Source: Sinorhizobium meliloti
GTDB lineage: Bacteria; Pseudomonadota; Alphaproteobacteria; Rhizobiales; Rhizobiaceae
Assembly (NCBI RefSeq): GCF_017876815.1
Contig: NZ_JAGIOS010000001.1
Coordinates: 420,001 to 452,000, forward strand
Direction of reading: 5' to 3'
Length of the DNA: 32,000 nt
In this document: in pieces, positions 29,005-32,000 of the stretch
How the letters are laid out: every line of letters begins with the position of its first letter
How positions within the stretch are numbered: the stretch's first letter is position 1
Notes under the pieces: model-generated
The model's database searches: none
Told to the model about the DNA's origin: nothing
The model's input: only the letters and a program-made list of their open reading frames with translations
Program-made: the position numbers and the translations under genes

Positions 29005-30417
29005 ATGAACCGCATCGTCCCGTTGATCCTCGCCGTCGCTCTCTTCATGGAGCAGATGGATTCAACCGTTATTTCGACATCGCTGCCGGCAATCGCGCGC
29101 GACATGGGTGTCGGGCCGATCACGCTGAAGCTCGCGCTGACCTCCTATATGGTGGCGCTGGCGATCTTCATTCCCCTGAGCGGCTGGATGGCGGACCGGT
29201 TCGGCGCGAAGCGCATCTTCCGCGCGGCGATCCTCGTCTTCATCGCGGGCTCCGTCTTTTGCGCGGTGGCGGATAGCCTCTTCGCCTTCGTCGTTGCGCG
29301 CTTCCTGCAGGGCATGGGCGGTGCCATGATGACGCCGGTCGCGCGGCTCGTCCTTGTCCGCAGTGCGCCACGAAGCGAGCTTGTCTCGGCAATGGCTTTG
29401 CTGACGATCCCCGCACTGGTCGGACCGCTCGCAGGCCCGCCGCTCGGCGGCTTCATAACGACCTATTTCTCCTGGCACTGGATCTTCCTGATCAACGTGC
29501 CGGTCGGCATTGTCGGCTATTTTCTTTCCGGCATCTACCTGCCCGAGATGGAGCGGCGAAATCCGCCCCCGGTTGATATCATCGGTTTCCTGCTCGGGGG
29601 CATTGCCGCCGCCGGCGTGGTCTTCGGGCTCTCAGTCATCAGCCTGCCGGCCCTGCCGCCGGCGATCGGTATCGCTTCCGTGTCGGCCGGCGTCGCCGCC
29701 TCGCTCCTCTATATCTTCCATGCGCGCCGGCATCCGGCGCCCGTGCTCGATCTCAAGCTCTTCCGCGACGGCGCCTTCCGCGCCGCGTCGATCGGCGGCA
29801 CGATCTTCCGCATATCCGTCGGCGCTGTGCCTTTCCTGATGCCGCTGATGCTGCAGGTGGGCTTTGGTCTCAGCCCGTTCCAGTCGGGCCTCATCACCTT
29901 CGTCGGCGCCGTCGGCGCCATCACCACGAAGTTCCTCGCGCGCCGCGTGTTCGCTTTCGCCGGCTTCCGCACGACGCTGCTCATCGCCGCCGTGATCGCG
30001 GCCGTCACGACTTTCGCCAACGGCTTCTTCACGCCGGCGACACCCTATCTCCTGTTGATCTCCGTCCTGCTGATCGCCGGCTTCGCCCGGTCCTTCTTCT
30101 TCACCGGCGTCAACGCACTCTCTTTCGCCGATATCGACGATGCCGACGCCAGCAAGGCGACGTCGATGAGCGCCGTACTGCAGCAGATCAGTCTCGCATT
30201 GGGGGTCGCAGTCGCAGGCGCCATTCTCGAATTCGAGACGGCGCTCAGCGGCAAGCCGCTTGAGCTTGCAGACTTTCACGTCGCGTTCATGATCATTGCC
30301 ATCGCCAACCTTCTGGCGGCGATCCCCTTCATCGCCATGGCGAAGAATGCCGGCGCCTCGGTTTCGGGGCATCGGCTGGCAGTACGGGAAGTGGAAACGA
30401 CGGCTGCCGGCAAATAA
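29005..30417 (+). CDS. MFS transporter, DHA2 (EmrB/QacA-like, 14-TM) family
   Basis: LFMEQMDSTVISTSLPAIARDMG..., motif A-like LSGWMADRFGAKRIF, GGFITTYFSWHWIFLINVPVG, and about 14 hydrophobic segments. Confidence 0.9.
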   Translation: MNRIVPLILAVALFMEQMDSTVISTSLPAIARDMGVGPITLKLALTSYMVALAIFIPLSGWMADRFGAKRIFRAAILVFIAGSVFCAVADSLFAFVVARFLQGMGGAMMTPVARLVLVRSAPRSELVSAMALLTIPALVGPLAGPPLGGFITTYFSWHWIFLINVPVGIVGYFLSGIYLPEMERRNPPPVDIIGFLLGGIAAAGVVFGLSVISLPALPPAIGIASVSAGVAASLLYIFHARRHPAPVLDLKLFRDGAFRAASIGGTIFRISVGAVPFLMPLMLQVGFGLSPFQSGLITFVGAVGAITTKFLARRVFAFAGFRTTLLIAAVIAAVTTFANGFFTPATPYLLLISVLLIAGFARSFFFTGVNALSFADIDDADASKATSMSAVLQQISLALGVAVAGAILEFETALSGKPLELADFHVAFMIIAIANLLAAIPFIAMAKNAGASVSGHRLAVREVETTAAGK

Positions 30418-30448
30418 TCTGCCGCAGGGTCTGATTAGGCAGCACTGT

Positions 30449-30469
30449 CAGGGGGGCGCTCCGCCCCTG
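30449..30469. terminator. Small GC hairpin between the convergent MFS and VOC genes
   Basis: caggggggcgctccgcccctg forms 6+2 bp with one bulge. Weak evidence only. Confidence 0.25.
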
Positions 30470-30494
30470 CCCTTTCAAGCAAGCCGCACAACTC

Positions 30495-30878
30495 CTATTC
30501 CGGCCGCTCGCAGACCGCCGAAAGCTTGTTGCCGTCCGGGTCACGGACGTAAGCCGCATAAAAATTGGCATGGAACGGGCGCAGCCCCGGCGCGCCCTCA
30601 TCGGTGCCGCCGCCGGCGAGCGCCGCGGCATGGAAGGCGTCCACCGCCGCGCGGCTTTCCGCTTCGAGCGCCACCATCGAGCCGTTGCCGATCGTCGCGG
30701 CCTCGCGATTGAACGGCGTCACCACCCAAAGCCGGCAGCGGACGTCACCCTCCGCGCCGTAACCGATCTCCACCTCATCCTCCTTGCGGCGCTTCAGGCC
30801 GAGGGGCGCAAGCGCCCGATCGTAGAAAGCGCCCGCCGTTTCGAGATCGTTGGAGCCGAGGGTCACATATAGCAGCAT
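30495..30878 (-). CDS. VOC (glyoxalase/bleomycin-resistance/dioxygenase) family protein
   Basis: 127 aa MLLYVTLGSNDLETAGAFYDRALAPLGL...FYAAYVRDPDGNKLSAV, typical of small VOC proteins. ATG at 30878, 2 nt downstream of the rlmE stop codon (30883-30885). Confidence 0.85.
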   Translation of the reverse strand: MLLYVTLGSNDLETAGAFYDRALAPLGLKRRKEDEVEIGYGAEGDVRCRLWVVTPFNREAATIGNGSMVALEAESRAAVDAFHAAALAGGGTDEGAPGLRPFHANFYAAYVRDPDGNKLSAVCERPE

Positions 30879-30882
30879 GGCT

Positions 30883-31620
30883 CTATTCTTCCGCAGCACC
30901 CTCTGCCGGTTCGTCGCTCTCAAGCGCATGGCGGCCCTTGAAACCCTTGGCGAGCAGAAACATCTCGACCGATTCGGCACGCGACGATGCCGGCTTCACA
31001 TGGACGACCTGGCGGAAATTCTGCTTCAGCATGTTCAGGAGGTCGCGCTCGGTGCCGCCCTGGAAGGTCTTCGCCAGAAAATGTCCGCCCTCCGCGAGTA
31101 CCTCGACGGCGAAATGCGCCGCCACCTCGCAGAGATGCATGGTTCTGATATGGTCGGTCTGTCGATGACCCGTGGTCGGCGCCGCCATATCGGACAGGAC
31201 GATATCAGGAGCTCCGCCGATCGCCTGTTTCAGGTTTTCCGGCGCCTCGGGATCGAGGAAATCCATCTGCAGGAAGCGGACGCCCGGGATCGGATCCATT
31301 TCGAGGAAGTCGATCGCCGCGACCCGCGGATCGGCATCGGTCGAGTTCGTCACCTTGGCGGCGATCTGAGACCAGCTACCGGGTGCCGCGCCCAGATCGA
31401 TGATGCGCTTGGCGCCGGCAAGAATCTTGTGCTTCTCGTCGATCTCGAGAAGTTTGAACGCCGCTCTTGCGCGGTAGCCTTCGAGCTGCGCCCGCTGAAC
31501 ATAGGGGTCGTTGATGTGGCGCTCGATCCAGCGGCGCGAAGACGCCTTGAGCTTGCCCTTCTTGACCTTCTGTCCGAGCTTGCGGCCGCTGCGATTGCCG
31601 CCGATCGGGGATTTCGTCAT
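30883..31620 (-). CDS. rlmE: 23S rRNA (uridine2552-2'-O)-methyltransferase
   Basis: FtsJ/RrmJ signature [19 protein letters not shown]...[13 protein letters not shown]...VLSDMAP. The ATG overlaps the stop of the upstream ppx-like gene (ATGA). Confidence 0.95.
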   Translation of the reverse strand: MTKSPIGGNRSGRKLGQKVKKGKLKASSRRWIERHINDPYVQRAQLEGYRARAAFKLLEIDEKHKILAGAKRIIDLGAAPGSWSQIAAKVTNSTDADPRVAAIDFLEMDPIPGVRFLQMDFLDPEAPENLKQAIGGAPDIVLSDMAAPTTGHRQTDHIRTMHLCEVAAHFAVEVLAEGGHFLAKTFQGGTERDLLNMLKQNFRQVVHVKPASSRAESVEMFLLAKGFKGRHALESDEPAEGAAEE

Positions 31621-32000
31621 GCCTCGGTTCCTTCGTGGCGCTTCACCCGTTCCTCGCCCGCCTGCGCAGAACCGAAGCTGCGCTGATGACGGCGCGGACG
31701 CCCCCGGCGCCAGGCCCCGTCATCCGCCATCATATCGGTCAGCAGCCCTTCGCGAAGCCCGCGATCGGCGACGCGCATGCGGCTCGACGGCCAGCGGCGG
31801 CGGATCGCCTCGAGAATCGCGCAGCCGGCAAGCACCAGATCGGCCCGGTCCGGGCCGATGCAGGGATTGGCGGCACGTGCGGCGAAATCCCAGGAGAGCA
31901 GGCGTGCCTGCATGGCCGAGACCTCGTCGTCGGAAAGCCAGAGCCCGTCCACGCGGCGGCGGTCGTAACGCGGCAGGTCGAGATGCACGCCGGCGAGCGT
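31617..32000 (-). CDS. Ppx/GppA family phosphatase, C-terminal part (truncated by window edge)
   Basis: Open frame running to the window end. The C-terminal sequence ...[22 protein letters not shown]...[12 protein letters not shown] is characteristic of the Ppx/GppA family. The ppx-rlmE gene pairing is common in alphaproteobacteria, as I recall. Confidence 0.8.
   Translation of the reverse strand, partial: TLAGVHLDLPRYDRRRVDGLWLSDDEVSAMQARLLSWDFAARAANPCIGPDRADLVLAGCAILEAIRRRWPSSRMRVADRGLREGLLTDMMADDGAWRRGRPRRHQRSFGSAQAGEERVKRHEGTEA

Overview
This is a high-GC alphaproteobacterial chromosomal segment. Its gene content and order look like a Rhizobiaceae core chromosome of the Sinorhizobium/Ensifer type; that call is from memory of the families and was not checked by any search. 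I support about 32 protein-coding genes, in this order: hisS (partial), an orphan ORF, a DUF305 protein, an NCS1 permease, tag, two tandem L,D-transpeptidases, glcFED with a divergent LysR regulator, a DUF3422 protein, a FadR-type GntR regulator, a NUDIX hydrolase, a PiT phosphate transporter, rsmE, gshA, a DUF937 protein, a higBA toxin-antitoxin pair, a DUF1127 small protein, a second LysR regulator, katA-oxyR, a dienelactone hydrolase, a MAPEG protein, guaB, a Tat-signal MBL hydrolase, an MFS DHA2 transporter, a VOC protein, rlmE, and a partial ppx/gppA gene. I found no rRNA, tRNA, CRISPR array, transposase or integrase. The many long ORFs antisense to these genes are GC-driven shadow ORFs. 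The only clear accessory element is a low-GC higBA islet of about 0.8 kb. I do not see a large multi-gene novel system in this window. The most unusual unexplained structure surrounds the DUF1127 gene (about 20268-20900). A run of hairpins with C-rich, anti-Shine-Dalgarno-like loops lies between its stop codon and a textbook terminator. A related hairpin sits in its leader, and an 11-nt repeat flanks the gene. This resembles the DUF1127/3'-UTR sRNA arrangement known from Rhodobacter (CcaF1/CcsR), and here it sits next to the katA-oxyR oxidative-stress locus. A second lead is a shared palindrome, AGTGG-N13-CCACT, found upstream of both glcD and the GntR regulator gene. It suggests an unannotated regulatory link between them. 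All start-codon choices and all regulatory or RNA calls are read by eye and need computational or experimental confirmation.
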